Below are positions 1 through 8,009 of a stretch of DNA of 37,945 nucleotides, piece by piece. Position 1 is the first letter of the stretch. Each line of letters starts with the position of its first letter. Source of the stretch: an uncultured Cytophagia bacterium (GTDB lineage: Bacteria > Zhuqueibacterota > Zhuqueibacteria > Residuimicrobiales > Oceaniaggregativiventaceae). The notes under the pieces were generated by a model that was not told where the DNA came from, ran no database searches, and saw only the letters and a list, made by a program, of their open reading frames with translations. Both the position numbers and the translations under genes were made by a program. Location of the stretch: contig CAYNUX010000001.1 of the NCBI GenBank assembly GCA_964400115.1, positions 2,481 through 40,425 of the forward strand, read 5' to 3'.

Positions 1-51
1 AGCCATGCCGTCGATACGTTCTCTGTACTACTCGATCTGTCTCTCTCAGTA

Positions 52-513
52 CTATAAACTGGATCCACTTACCTGAAAAATGCCGACCGTGGGAATAAAT
101 AGTTTGCCATCCACACTGACCTGAGACTCGAATTGTTGCTGAGCTTTGCCACCCAAAAAAATCATCAGCCGGTCGCCGGGGCCCAAGCGATAATCCTCGG
201 GTAAACCGGTATATTGCCAGGCATTTTCCACGGAAGAAGGACGCTGAAAGAGTTGATATCCAAAGTAATCAAGAGAGCCGGGTTCATCAACCTGAGCAGG
301 AGACTCTGAGGAAAGGGTCTCTTGCATGGTGGAATAGCCCGAATCAGTGTTTGTTCCGCCTGTGGGCGTTTTCAAAGGATTGTGAACCTCGAGATCTTGC
401 GCTGAGAGCAGGGACGTGAGGATCCATATTGTGCTCAAAAAGAAAAGTGAGAATAGTATATTACCCTGTCTCGAGATGTCTATCTTCAAAATGCAGCTCC
501 TGGCTTGATGCAT
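52..513 (-). CDS. polysaccharide export protein (Wza/Poly_export family), apparently truncated at 153 aa by TAG at 52-54
   Basis: Hydrophobic N-terminal signal/anchor, then the Poly_export signature YRLGPGDRLMIF...VSVDGKLFIPTVGIFQVSG. Family members normally continue beyond this point. Both other frames stay open to the contig edge. Confidence 0.55.
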   Translation of the reverse strand: MHQARSCILKIDISRQGNILFSLFFLSTIWILTSLLSAQDLEVHNPLKTPTGGTNTDSGYSTMQETLSSESPAQVDEPGSLDYFGYQLFQRPSSVENAWQYTGLPEDYRLGPGDRLMIFLGGKAQQQFESQVSVDGKLFIPTVGIFQVSGSSL

Positions 514-936
514 GTCCCTGGCAGACTAAAGCGCCCCACTTTTTTAAAAAATTGCCTGATGATTATAAACTATGTAACGACCATCGTACGACAAACTAGA
601 AATAGCAAAAGTTACCGTTTCATGTGCAAACAGGTTCTTTCTGTTTCGATTCAACTGATCACTGTGAATATCTATATCTTGTGTATTAATACGGTAAACT
701 CTTTGTTTTTACCTGATTTTGAAAAAAACTGTCAATACCCTGGGTTTACCGAGTCAAAAAAAAGTCTGGATTTTCAGGTTCTCTGTTCCTCTGTGACCCC
801 GGTGGTTACCTTTTAAGGGCATAGAAAATCTATTTTAGACAAGAATGAGATTAAATGTCAATAAAATGAACGAATCGGCTGAATTTGCTAAAATATAACC
901 AATCCGGGGTATTAACGCAACACCCTTTTAATACAA

Positions 937-966
937 ATGGCCATACCCTTAAAGCGGTATGGCCAT
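937..966 (-). terminator. perfect 11-bp hairpin just downstream of the giant T9SS cargo gene
   Basis: atggccatacc (937-947), 8-nt loop, ggtatggccat (956-966). On the minus strand it is followed by UUGUAUUAAAA, a weak U-tract. Confidence 0.45.
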
Positions 967-989
967 CGTGAGGAGAGAGAGAGTTCTGC

Positions 990-3900
990 CTATTTTAAAA
1001 ACGTCATCTTTTTAATGATTTGAATGTTATTCTCTCGAACGCTCAATCCATTACGTGTTTTATTTTCCCATGCCTGGAGACGATAAAAATAGAGTCCTGC
1101 CGAGACGGGCTGTCCATAATTATTCATTCCATCCCATACCGCTTTATACACGCCTCCTGTCAGAGGTTCATTGTACAGTGTTCGAACCTCTTGCCCGAGT
1201 ACATTGAAAATCTCTAGTTGTACCTGCATACTGTAAGGGATTTCGAACGAAATCGTGGTTGTGGGGTTGAAAGGATTTGGATAATTGGGGTGCAAGACCA
1301 CAGTCTCGGGAATGGTTTTCGATATTCCTTCTGTACCATCCAAACGTCCTCCGGGGCCCATCTGATTCAGGTCAGGTTCTTTGATCAACACAACATACAT
1401 ACTCTGCCCCCCCCGGGCTCCGGCGGCATTATTTCCGCCGAGGGTAACCGACCCGTATTCAAAATAGCCTCTCCACAGCACAAGTTCTCTGGCATTATCC
1501 GTAACCTGGATCGATTGTCCGGTTTTGGTAAAATGAGCATCCAACCAGTTGGGAACGGTCGCGGCTCTGCTGTCATAGGCAATGTATACAAATGCAGGCT
1601 GTGACAATTTCAGAGTCATATACCTCGGGTCTGTATTGGCCCGGTCATTGTTGGAGGTCATAAGCATCTTTACATGCTGTAGCTCTTGAGGGATGTTGGT
1701 GACCACATAATTACGGTCGATATAATAAGGTTCATCGAGATCGAGGTACGAGAGGCTGGTTTCAACCATACCCTCCACATTGACTTGCAGATTCGGCAAA
1801 AAAGTATAGGCATATGTCGAATTGGCAAACACCACATTCATTCCGGCCAATTCAGCACGGATCCCGACCACCGTAAGCGCATACGCCAGACCTGCTTTGT
1901 GACGTGAAGTTTCCAGGAGAATCGTATGTCCATCCAGATCCAGCTCTGCTGACAAGATAACCACATTGTTATTGATATAATAGTTCCGTCGATTTTCTGC
2001 GCTCAGCCTGTCAACAGCCTTGTCAAATGTCACTTTGATCAGCATATCGCCCAGAACGTGAACAGATTTTATTTTGGGACTCTGCTCGGGTTCGGTCTGG
2101 TGCATATAGAAAAAGGGTTGCGGAATCGATGCCGCTAATCCGGCATTATCTTTTCGCCCGATATCGCGGGCAAACAACACATATAGCTTGCCGGCCTGAT
2201 GCGAGGTCGTCGTGAGATCGACGGCCTTGAACGATGTATCCAAGACAGCGTTCTGTACCTGAATTCCACCCTGTATCAAATAATTTTGTGGATTTTCAGC
2301 ACTGGCACGATCCAATGGTTGGTCGAATTCCACACGAACCCGAGTGGATGCCAGTGTATTCACATTGATTACCTGCGGAGGCTGATTCAAATCAAACGCT
2401 CCATAGTGAAAGGTATATGAACTATTGGGCAAAATATCATTATCGGCCATATCCCGAATTTCACTGGTCATCAGGATATAAATTCGTCCCGCGATCAATG
2501 GAGTGGTCTCCAGCGTATAAAGATGCGCCTGGTCTGTCTCTTGTACTCTGACAATATTCGCATCGTTGCTGAGCTGGTAATTTTCCGGATTGGTTGCAAT
2601 AGACGCTCTCACTGCTTCGCTGAATGCAACCTGGATGTGAGTTGCATCCATGACCTTGACCATGGCCAATGTCGGGGGATTCTGGTCTTCGGTTTCGTAT
2701 AAATACGCATAACTGGTGTTGGGAGTGATGATATTTTCAGCCGGACTCTTGTCCGAAATTCCGTTTAATCTTAAAATATAAAGTTTATTGGGCAAATGTT
2801 GCTCAGTGGTCAGATGAACGACTTGATGAGAACCGGCCAGTCTTGCTTCCAAAACATTGACACCGCCATTTATTTCATAATGGGCCAGCTTTTCTGCAGT
2901 CTCTCTCGTAACAGGCTCGTTAAATAAAACATCAATATGCTCCGAATCGATCATCTGTACCATGCTGATCATCGGGCCAATGGTATCCAAGCCTTCGAAC
3001 AGATAGCTATATGATGTGTTGGCATTGATCGGTATTTGTTCCGCTGCACTTTTTATGTTATTGACCGTAAGAATATATATTGAATTGGGCTCATGTGGAG
3101 AGGTTTGCAATGTAACCAGCGTACCTGTTTCATCCAAGGTCGCTGAATGGATCTGAGTACTGCGGTTGAGCATATAGTTCTGACTTTTCTCAGCACTGCT
3201 GCGCTCCAGGGGCTTGCTAAAAGCCAGAATCAGTTCTGTTTCATTCTTGACATCGACTTGTACCAAAGTCGGCCCGACCCCACTGGACTGCTCACCCACA
3301 GTATAGGTATATGAGCTGTTGGGAATAATTTCATTGCCAATGGGTGACAGATCTTTAACCTGACTGATCTGAATGGTATATTGCTGTCCCGTCTCGTGCG
3401 GGGTGGTGGCAAGGGTCACAGATTGCCCTGACACATCCAGAGTCGCATTCATGACATGGACATCGCCATCGATCTGATAGTAACGAGCCTCTTCAGCTGA
3501 CGATTTGGTGATGCGCTCACTAAAGACCACCCTGATTGTGGTTTCATCGATCACATCCAGACGCACGATGGTAGGACCGCTTCGATCTTCGGGAGCGAAC
3601 AGATAGCTATACTCGTTTCCTGCGGTCATGGGATTACGGTTTTCGCTGGCGTCCCGGATATTCTTGACCTGCAGTTTATAAGTTTTGTCCGCTGTATGTT
3701 CGCTGGTGGAGAGTCGCACGATTTGACGGGATGCATCCAGCGTCGCTTTGATAACAGAGATGCCCTGATCGATGGAATAGTTGGCAGCTGTTTCGGCCCC
3801 GCTCTTTTCAATCGGCTCATTGAACATCACTTCCAGAGTCGTCACATCGATAATATTCACCAGCAACAACACTGGCCCAACCACATCTCCGGGATCAAAG

Positions 3901-4796
3901 GTATAGGAATAGGTACTGTTGGGTTGAATAGTATTCTTGTTTTCTGAAGTGTCTGTAACACTATTTACTGTAAGAGTATAGGTCAACCCGCCACTATGCT
4001 CGGATGTACGCAGAATCACGGCATTATCTGTTTCACCTGGTTCCACAGAAACCACATTTACGCCCTGACTAATTGCATAAGAGTCAGTTCTCAACGCAGT
4101 AGAAGGATCAACAGATTCGCTGAAATGAACCAACACTGACTGAGCATTTTCGGCCCGGGCCATGACCAGAGTAGGCGGGGTACTATCACTATTGGGTTTG
4201 CCAAAAGTATAGTCGGCCCGAATCCCCCCGGTATGATTCCCTGGAAGTGCTATATCATAAATATTACTGATAATCATGGTATACTGACCGTCGGTATGGT
4301 GGGTTGTGGTCAGATGCACGGTCTTGCCGTCATTTTGCAACACAGCATCCGTGATTTCCGGCCCGTTTTCGATATGATAATTGCTTATTTCTTGACTCGA
4401 AATCGGATCCAGGGTTTCATCGAAACGAATTTGCAGCGCTGTAGAGCTGAGGGGATAAATACCCGACAATTTGGGTGGACTGGTATCGCCCAATTTAAAA
4501 TGAAATTCTTCCGAGAAACTGCTTTCATTCCCTTCAGAGTCATAGGCGGTAAGCGCCAAAAAATATTCTGTATTGATCTGCAAATTCGTCAATTCATAAG
4601 AATTTGTTTTTCCGACATCTTGCTGATTGGAATAATTACGAGAGCTCGATCCATAATGAATTTTATATCCTTGCAGATCCGATTCTTGATTCGGGTTCCA
4701 ATTCAACTTTATCCCGACCGCCAGACTCTGGGTCGAGATCATGAACAAGAGCAACCATTTTCCCATCATCATTTTCCACACGTCGACACAACTCAT
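990..4796 (-). CDS. 1268-aa secreted cell-surface protein: signal peptide, FN3 domain, nine Ig-like (SbsA/Big_5-like) repeats, beta-sandwich putative glycan-binding module, T9SS type-A C-terminal sorting domain
   Basis: GGAGGA lies 8 nt upstream of ATG 4796. Signal peptide MMMGKWLLLFMISTQSLAVG. FN3 domain (LNWNPNQESDLQGYKIHYG...AYDSEGNES). Nine roughly 100-aa repeats. C-terminus LHPNYPNPFNPTTTISFEIP...GLYFYRL matches the TIGR04183/FlgD-Ig-like CTD pattern. Confidence 0.85.
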   Translation of the reverse strand: MSCVDVWKMMMGKWLLLFMISTQSLAVGIKLNWNPNQESDLQGYKIHYGSSSRNYSNQQDVGKTNSYELTNLQINTEYFLALTAYDSEGNESSFSEEFHFKLGDTSPPKLSGIYPLSSTALQIRFDETLDPISSQEISNYHIENGPEITDAVLQNDGKTVHLTTTHHTDGQYTMIISNIYDIALPGNHTGGIRADYTFGKPNSDSTPPTLVMARAENAQSVLVHFSESVDPSTALRTDSYAISQGVNVVSVEPGETDNAVILRTSEHSGGLTYTLTVNSVTDTSENKNTIQPNSTYSYTFDPGDVVGPVLLLVNIIDVTTLEVMFNEPIEKSGAETAANYSIDQGISVIKATLDASRQIVRLSTSEHTADKTYKLQVKNIRDASENRNPMTAGNEYSYLFAPEDRSGPTIVRLDVIDETTIRVVFSERITKSSAEEARYYQIDGDVHVMNATLDVSGQSVTLATTPHETGQQYTIQISQVKDLSPIGNEIIPNSSYTYTVGEQSSGVGPTLVQVDVKNETELILAFSKPLERSSAEKSQNYMLNRSTQIHSATLDETGTLVTLQTSPHEPNSIYILTVNNIKSAAEQIPINANTSYSYLFEGLDTIGPMISMVQMIDSEHIDVLFNEPVTRETAEKLAHYEINGGVNVLEARLAGSHQVVHLTTEQHLPNKLYILRLNGISDKSPAENIITPNTSYAYLYETEDQNPPTLAMVKVMDATHIQVAFSEAVRASIATNPENYQLSNDANIVRVQETDQAHLYTLETTPLIAGRIYILMTSEIRDMADNDILPNSSYTFHYGAFDLNQPPQVINVNTLASTRVRVEFDQPLDRASAENPQNYLIQGGIQVQNAVLDTSFKAVDLTTTSHQAGKLYVLFARDIGRKDNAGLAASIPQPFFYMHQTEPEQSPKIKSVHVLGDMLIKVTFDKAVDRLSAENRRNYYINNNVVILSAELDLDGHTILLETSRHKAGLAYALTVVGIRAELAGMNVVFANSTYAYTFLPNLQVNVEGMVETSLSYLDLDEPYYIDRNYVVTNIPQELQHVKMLMTSNNDRANTDPRYMTLKLSQPAFVYIAYDSRAATVPNWLDAHFTKTGQSIQVTDNARELVLWRGYFEYGSVTLGGNNAAGARGGQSMYVVLIKEPDLNQMGPGGRLDGTEGISKTIPETVVLHPNYPNPFNPTTTISFEIPYSMQVQLEIFNVLGQEVRTLYNEPLTGGVYKAVWDGMNNYGQPVSAGLYFYRLQAWENKTRNGLSVRENNIQIIKKMTFLK
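1791..4487 (-). repeat. nine tandem ~100-aa Ig-like domain repeats (protein-level only) inside the giant cargo gene
   Basis: Recurrent pattern (D/G)xxxPxL...V.FSE/NEP...SAE...NY.I..G..V..A.LD.....V.L.T..H.....Y.L.V..I.D.....I.PNS.Y.Y.F, covering aa ~104-1002. The repeats are diverged and I saw no near-identical DNA copies. Confidence 0.75.
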
Positions 4797-4848
4797 GGGC
4801 TACTATCCTCCAATACAATAACACAGCACCGCCGTTTTCCTCGCATTA

Positions 4849-4865
4849 GACAAATGGCGTGCCAA
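4849..4865 (-). promoter_or_regulatory. candidate sigma-54 (-24/-12) promoter for the giant cargo gene, with a -12 TTGT variant
   Basis: The minus strand reads TTGGCACGCCATTTGTC, which is GG-N10-GT with TGGCAC-N5-TTGT spacing. It sits about 55 nt upstream of ATG 4796 and just downstream of the preceding gene's terminator. Confidence 0.45.
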
Positions 4866-4940
4866 ACTCAATTTCAATCTAAATTCAATATTTCTGCTTT
4901 GGGATATTTTATTTGAATACAAGATTGGTACAAGAATTAC

Positions 4941-4971
4941 AAAAAAGAGAGCGCCTCATCGAATGAGACGC
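4941..4971 (-). terminator. rho-independent terminator after the small FN3-CTD gene
   Basis: Minus-strand RNA GCGUCUCAU-UCG-AUGAGGCGC forms a 9-bp stem with one G-U pair, followed by UCUCUUUUUU. Confidence 0.65.
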
Positions 4972-5000
4972 GACAAGGCGTTTGAAATTCAAGGGATGCA

Positions 5001-5594
5001 TTAATGCAAAAGCGTCATTTTTCTGGTCATGACTTGTTGGCCTGCTTTGATTTGATAAAAATAGGTTCCTGATGAAAGGGCTCGACCATTTTGGTCCCGG
5101 CCATCCCAAAAGGTGGTCCATGTTCCGGCTTGAAAGCGTCCTTCCTCCAAGATCATGATTTCTTGTCCTGAAGCATTATAAACAGCGACTTTTATTTGCA
5201 ATGTTTCAGGAAGTTCAAAAGTGATTTGCGTGCCGGGATTGAAGGGATTCGGATAGTTGGCTGACAATGCGAGTTTTTCAGGCAATTGTGCAGGATTCTC
5301 GTCGGCAAAAATAACCACTTCTTTTGAAAATGTGCTTTCATTGCCCCAATAATCGATGGCAGTAACGGCAGCATAATACCGGCGTCGTTCAGGTATTTCC
5401 AGAAAAGCCATACTCTGATTCGCGGATACGTCTTTCGAGTACTTGTACTGACGCGACTCGTCTCCCCAATATACGCGATAACCGCTCAAATCGTCCTCAT
5501 GGTTTGGATCCCAACGAATCCGTACAGATTCCGCAAAGCAATTTGTAAAGAGCAGCATACCCAAAATCCCCATGCCCATCCACTTGATGCTCAC
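5001..5594 (-). CDS. 197-aa secreted protein: signal peptide + single FN3 domain + T9SS type-A C-terminal sorting domain
   Basis: GTG start with AGGAG 7 nt upstream. Signal peptide. FN3 domain (IRWDPNHEDDLSGYRVYWG...AIDYWGNES). CTD NYPNPFNPGTQITFELP...GTYFYQI. Confidence 0.8.
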   Translation of the reverse strand: MSIKWMGMGILGMLLFTNCFAESVRIRWDPNHEDDLSGYRVYWGDESRQYKYSKDVSANQSMAFLEIPERRRYYAAVTAIDYWGNESTFSKEVVIFADENPAQLPEKLALSANYPNPFNPGTQITFELPETLQIKVAVYNASGQEIMILEEGRFQAGTWTTFWDGRDQNGRALSSGTYFYQIKAGQQVMTRKMTLLH

Positions 5595-5710
5595 GATATT
5601 CTCCTGACTTAATAGATGCCAAAACGTACGGGTACGTTATCACCGCACCCGTATTTTAGCTGGTGTGTGAATTAAATTTTTGATGCAAATATACAATGCT
5701 CTTGACCGGT

Positions 5711-6811
5711 CTACTCGTTATGTTTTCTCCAGCCGGCATGAGTGATTTGATATTGAGAGATCTTGTAATTCAACACTCTGGGAGAGATGCCGAGTAAATC
5801 GGCGGCTTCTTTTTGAATCCAGTGAGCTTGTTCGAGGGCTTGTATAATTGCCTGTTTTTCCAATGTTTCCAGATTAAGAGTAGGTAATTCTGAAGGTTTT
5901 CTATCTTCCCGTCTTCGGTTACGTCCACCGGCAGCAAAATAGTCTTTACCTGTGAGGGCAATATCTTTTAACGTAATGGGTTGTCCCTCTCCTGCGATCA
6001 GGACAGCACGTTCTACAATATTTTTCATCTCCCGGATATTACCTGGCCAGGTATGATTGGTCAGCAGATTCATCGTTTCTTCAGTGAACTCGCCAATGCT
6101 CTTTTTGAGCTCCTGGGAAAATTTAACGCGGAAATAGTCGGCTAGTAATTGAATATCTTCCCGCCGCTCTCTCAAAGGGGGAATGTGCAACGTGACCACA
6201 TTCAACCGATAAAAGAGATCGGCGCGAAAATTTCCGGCTTCCATTTCCTGCCACAGATCCTTGTTGGTGGCTGCAATAACGCGAACATCAACTTCTATGG
6301 TCTTGTGGCCTCCCACACGACTAAAATTCTGTTCTTGCAGAACACGCAGAATCTTGGCCTGTGTCGAAGGATGCATGTCTCCAATTTCATCCAGAAACAA
6401 AGTGCCACCATCGGCTTGTTCGAATTTTCCAATGTGCGTGGATACAGCTCCCGTAAAGGCACCCCGTTCATGTCCAAATAACTCGGACTCTAACAAATGT
6501 TCGTGCAATGCTGCACAATTGACAGTGACATACGGCTTGTCATGTCGCAGGCTTTGCGCCTGAATAGCACCCGCAATGAGTTCCTTACCAGTACCCGTCT
6601 CTCCCTGAATTAAAACAGATGCATTGCTCTTGGCAACTTTTTTAATCAGAGAATAAATTTTGCGGATTTCCAGATTACGACTGATTCTCGGATAATAGAG
6701 CTCGAATCCGGAAAGGCGTCCGAACGAGCTTCGAGCCAACTGCTCCATGACATCACTGGTGATGACATTGGTTTCTATATCAGAGAATACTAGATCTTCT
6801 ATTTCGGTCAT
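5711..6811 (-). CDS. sigma-54-dependent transcriptional activator (bEBP) with AAA+ and Fis-type HTH only; no sensory or receiver domain
   Basis: Walker A GETGTGKE, GAFTGA loop (ERGAFTGAV), C-terminal HTH (AADLLGISPRVLNYKI). Only about 60 aa precede the AAA+ core. Confidence 0.85.
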   Translation of the reverse strand: MTEIEDLVFSDIETNVITSDVMEQLARSSFGRLSGFELYYPRISRNLEIRKIYSLIKKVAKSNASVLIQGETGTGKELIAGAIQAQSLRHDKPYVTVNCAALHEHLLESELFGHERGAFTGAVSTHIGKFEQADGGTLFLDEIGDMHPSTQAKILRVLQEQNFSRVGGHKTIEVDVRVIAATNKDLWQEMEAGNFRADLFYRLNVVTLHIPPLRERREDIQLLADYFRVKFSQELKKSIGEFTEETMNLLTNHTWPGNIREMKNIVERAVLIAGEGQPITLKDIALTGKDYFAAGGRNRRREDRKPSELPTLNLETLEKQAIIQALEQAHWIQKEAADLLGISPRVLNYKISQYQITHAGWRKHNE

Positions 6812-6975
6812 AGAATCGGACCCTCTTTATTGGTTGATGGTTCTGAATCTGAACTGGACGAGTGCATGAGAGGCGTGAGTGAATTAATATCGCATCATGC
6901 TTTACAGGGGTGCTGTGTCAAAGATGCATAACCAAGAGGCTCGTCAGCGATTCCCGACCAACTGACATTAAAGGA

Positions 6976-6994
6976 CTAGCAAATTTTCTGCCAA
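6976..6994 (-). promoter_or_regulatory. candidate sigma-54 (-24/-12) promoter upstream of the sensor-less activator gene
   Basis: The minus strand reads TTGGCAGAAAATTTGCTAG, which is TGGCAG-N5-TTGC with exact GG-N10-GC spacing. It lies in a 349-bp intergenic region about 165 nt upstream of ATG 6811. Confidence 0.6.
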
Positions 6995-7160
6995 ACCTTA
7001 TAGAATACAAATCTTTTTCAAATTTCGTGCCGAGCTCTTATTAAATTCAAAAAAAATAACAAATTAGATTTCAGATGATTTTCGTATTTATACACAGAGT
7101 AAACGCTTTTCAGGTCAAGGTGTTCCAAATGAATACAATTCTGTAATCGACAACACTGAA

Positions 7161-8009
7161 TTACAAAAGCGTAATTTGCTGTAATTTCTCGATCCACTCT
7201 TGCCGATCACGCACATTAAAAAGAGATTTTGGCAATTTGTTTCGCCATGCTTCCAATTCACGTTGGAAATCAGGCACCTCGAGACCTACCCGGTTCAAAA
7301 GTTCTCGATCACTGAATAGTCGAACAGGTGTATCATCAAATACGATTCTTCCCTGTGACATAACAATGACTCGATCGGAAATCGATGCAACAAAATCCAT
7401 ATGATGAGTAACAATAACAACCGTTTTGCCCTTTAAAAACAACCCTTTTAGCATTTCCTTCAAACGTGAAACACTTTTGGGATCCAAACCGGCTGTTGGT
7501 TCATCAAAAGCAATTATTTCAGGATTCATCGCCAGAATCCCGGCAATGGCCGTTCGGCGCTTTTCTCCTTCACTCAGAGTAAAAGGAGAGCGCTTTTCCA
7601 GACGTTCAAAATCCAAACCAACGGCTTTGAGTGCTTCTTTGACACGTTGTGTCAATTTAGAGTCATTCAATCCGAGTTTCAAAGGTCCAAACGCGACATC
7701 TTTGAATACCGTTTCCTCGAATAATTGAGTTTCCGGAAACTGAAAAACCAACCCGATTCGCCTGCGCAATTCTGTCAGATTATATGCTTTGGCTGCAATA
7801 TCTTTATGATCACACAGAACCCGGCCTTTACATGGATTTAAAAGGCCGGTGAAATGCTGTAAAAGGGTGGTTTTTCCTGAGCCGCTCGGGCCGACAATGG
7901 CAAGACACTCGTTCTCATGAATAGTGAGCGAGATGTTTTGCAAGACCTCTCTTGGCTGATTTGCTAGATCGGTATAGTGAAAAGAGACTTGATCAAATTC
8001 CAGTTTCAT
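7161..8009 (-). CDS. ABC transporter ATP-binding protein, ECF-type (EcfA/CbiO-like)
   Basis: Walker [13 protein letters not shown] signature LSEGEKRR, Walker [13 protein letters not shown]. No EcfT or S-component in the window. Confidence 0.8.
   Translation of the reverse strand: MKLEFDQVSFHYTDLANQPREVLQNISLTIHENECLAIVGPSGSGKTTLLQHFTGLLNPCKGRVLCDHKDIAAKAYNLTELRRRIGLVFQFPETQLFEETVFKDVAFGPLKLGLNDSKLTQRVKEALKAVGLDFERLEKRSPFTLSEGEKRRTAIAGILAMNPEIIAFDEPTAGLDPKSVSRLKEMLKGLFLKGKTVVIVTHHMDFVASISDRVIVMSQGRIVFDDTPVRLFSDRELLNRVGLEVPDFQRELEAWRNKLPKSLFNVRDRQEWIEKLQQITLL

Noticed and set aside
31-44. Adapter-like fragments at the left end (CGATCT, CTGTCTCT), in case that end is also contaminated
   Set aside because: Only 6-8 nt match the TruSeq or Nextera ends, and the flanking bases do not match. 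That is not distinguishable from chance.
505-816. 103-aa plus-strand ORF in the 420-bp gap upstream of the Wza-like gene
   Set aside because: It has a low-complexity, Cys/Ile/Val-rich odd composition, no recognisable motif and no ribosome-binding site. It lies in what should be the promoter region of a minus-strand gene. It is most likely a chance ORF in AT-rich DNA.
972-983. (GA)5-6 microsatellite just downstream of the giant gene's stop codon
   Set aside because: It is too short to be meaningful and lies between the stop codon and the terminator hairpin. Phase-variation relevance is unlikely at that position.
1791-4487. Whether the nine repeats represent a DNA-level tandem array, a DGR variable region or a CRISPR-like structure
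   Set aside because: The repeats are only recognisable at the protein level (roughly a third identical by eye). I saw no near-identical DNA units, no spacer-repeat periodicity and no reverse transcriptase gene in the window.
1020-4916. Plus-strand ORFs (65-227 aa) antisense to the giant cargo gene, including 4233..4916
   Set aside because: These are shadow ORFs opposite a well-supported 1268-aa gene. Their translations are His/Arg/Ile-rich nonsense with no domains. The 4233..4916 ORF would also run through the cargo gene's start and promoter.
5611-5626. TTGGCATCTATTAAGT upstream of the mini FN3-CTD gene as a fifth sigma-54 promoter
   Set aside because: It has a good -24 TGGCAT, but the -12 position reads AAGT with no TTG(C/T). 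It also lies too close to the start codon, with its -12 region only about 15 nt from the GTG.
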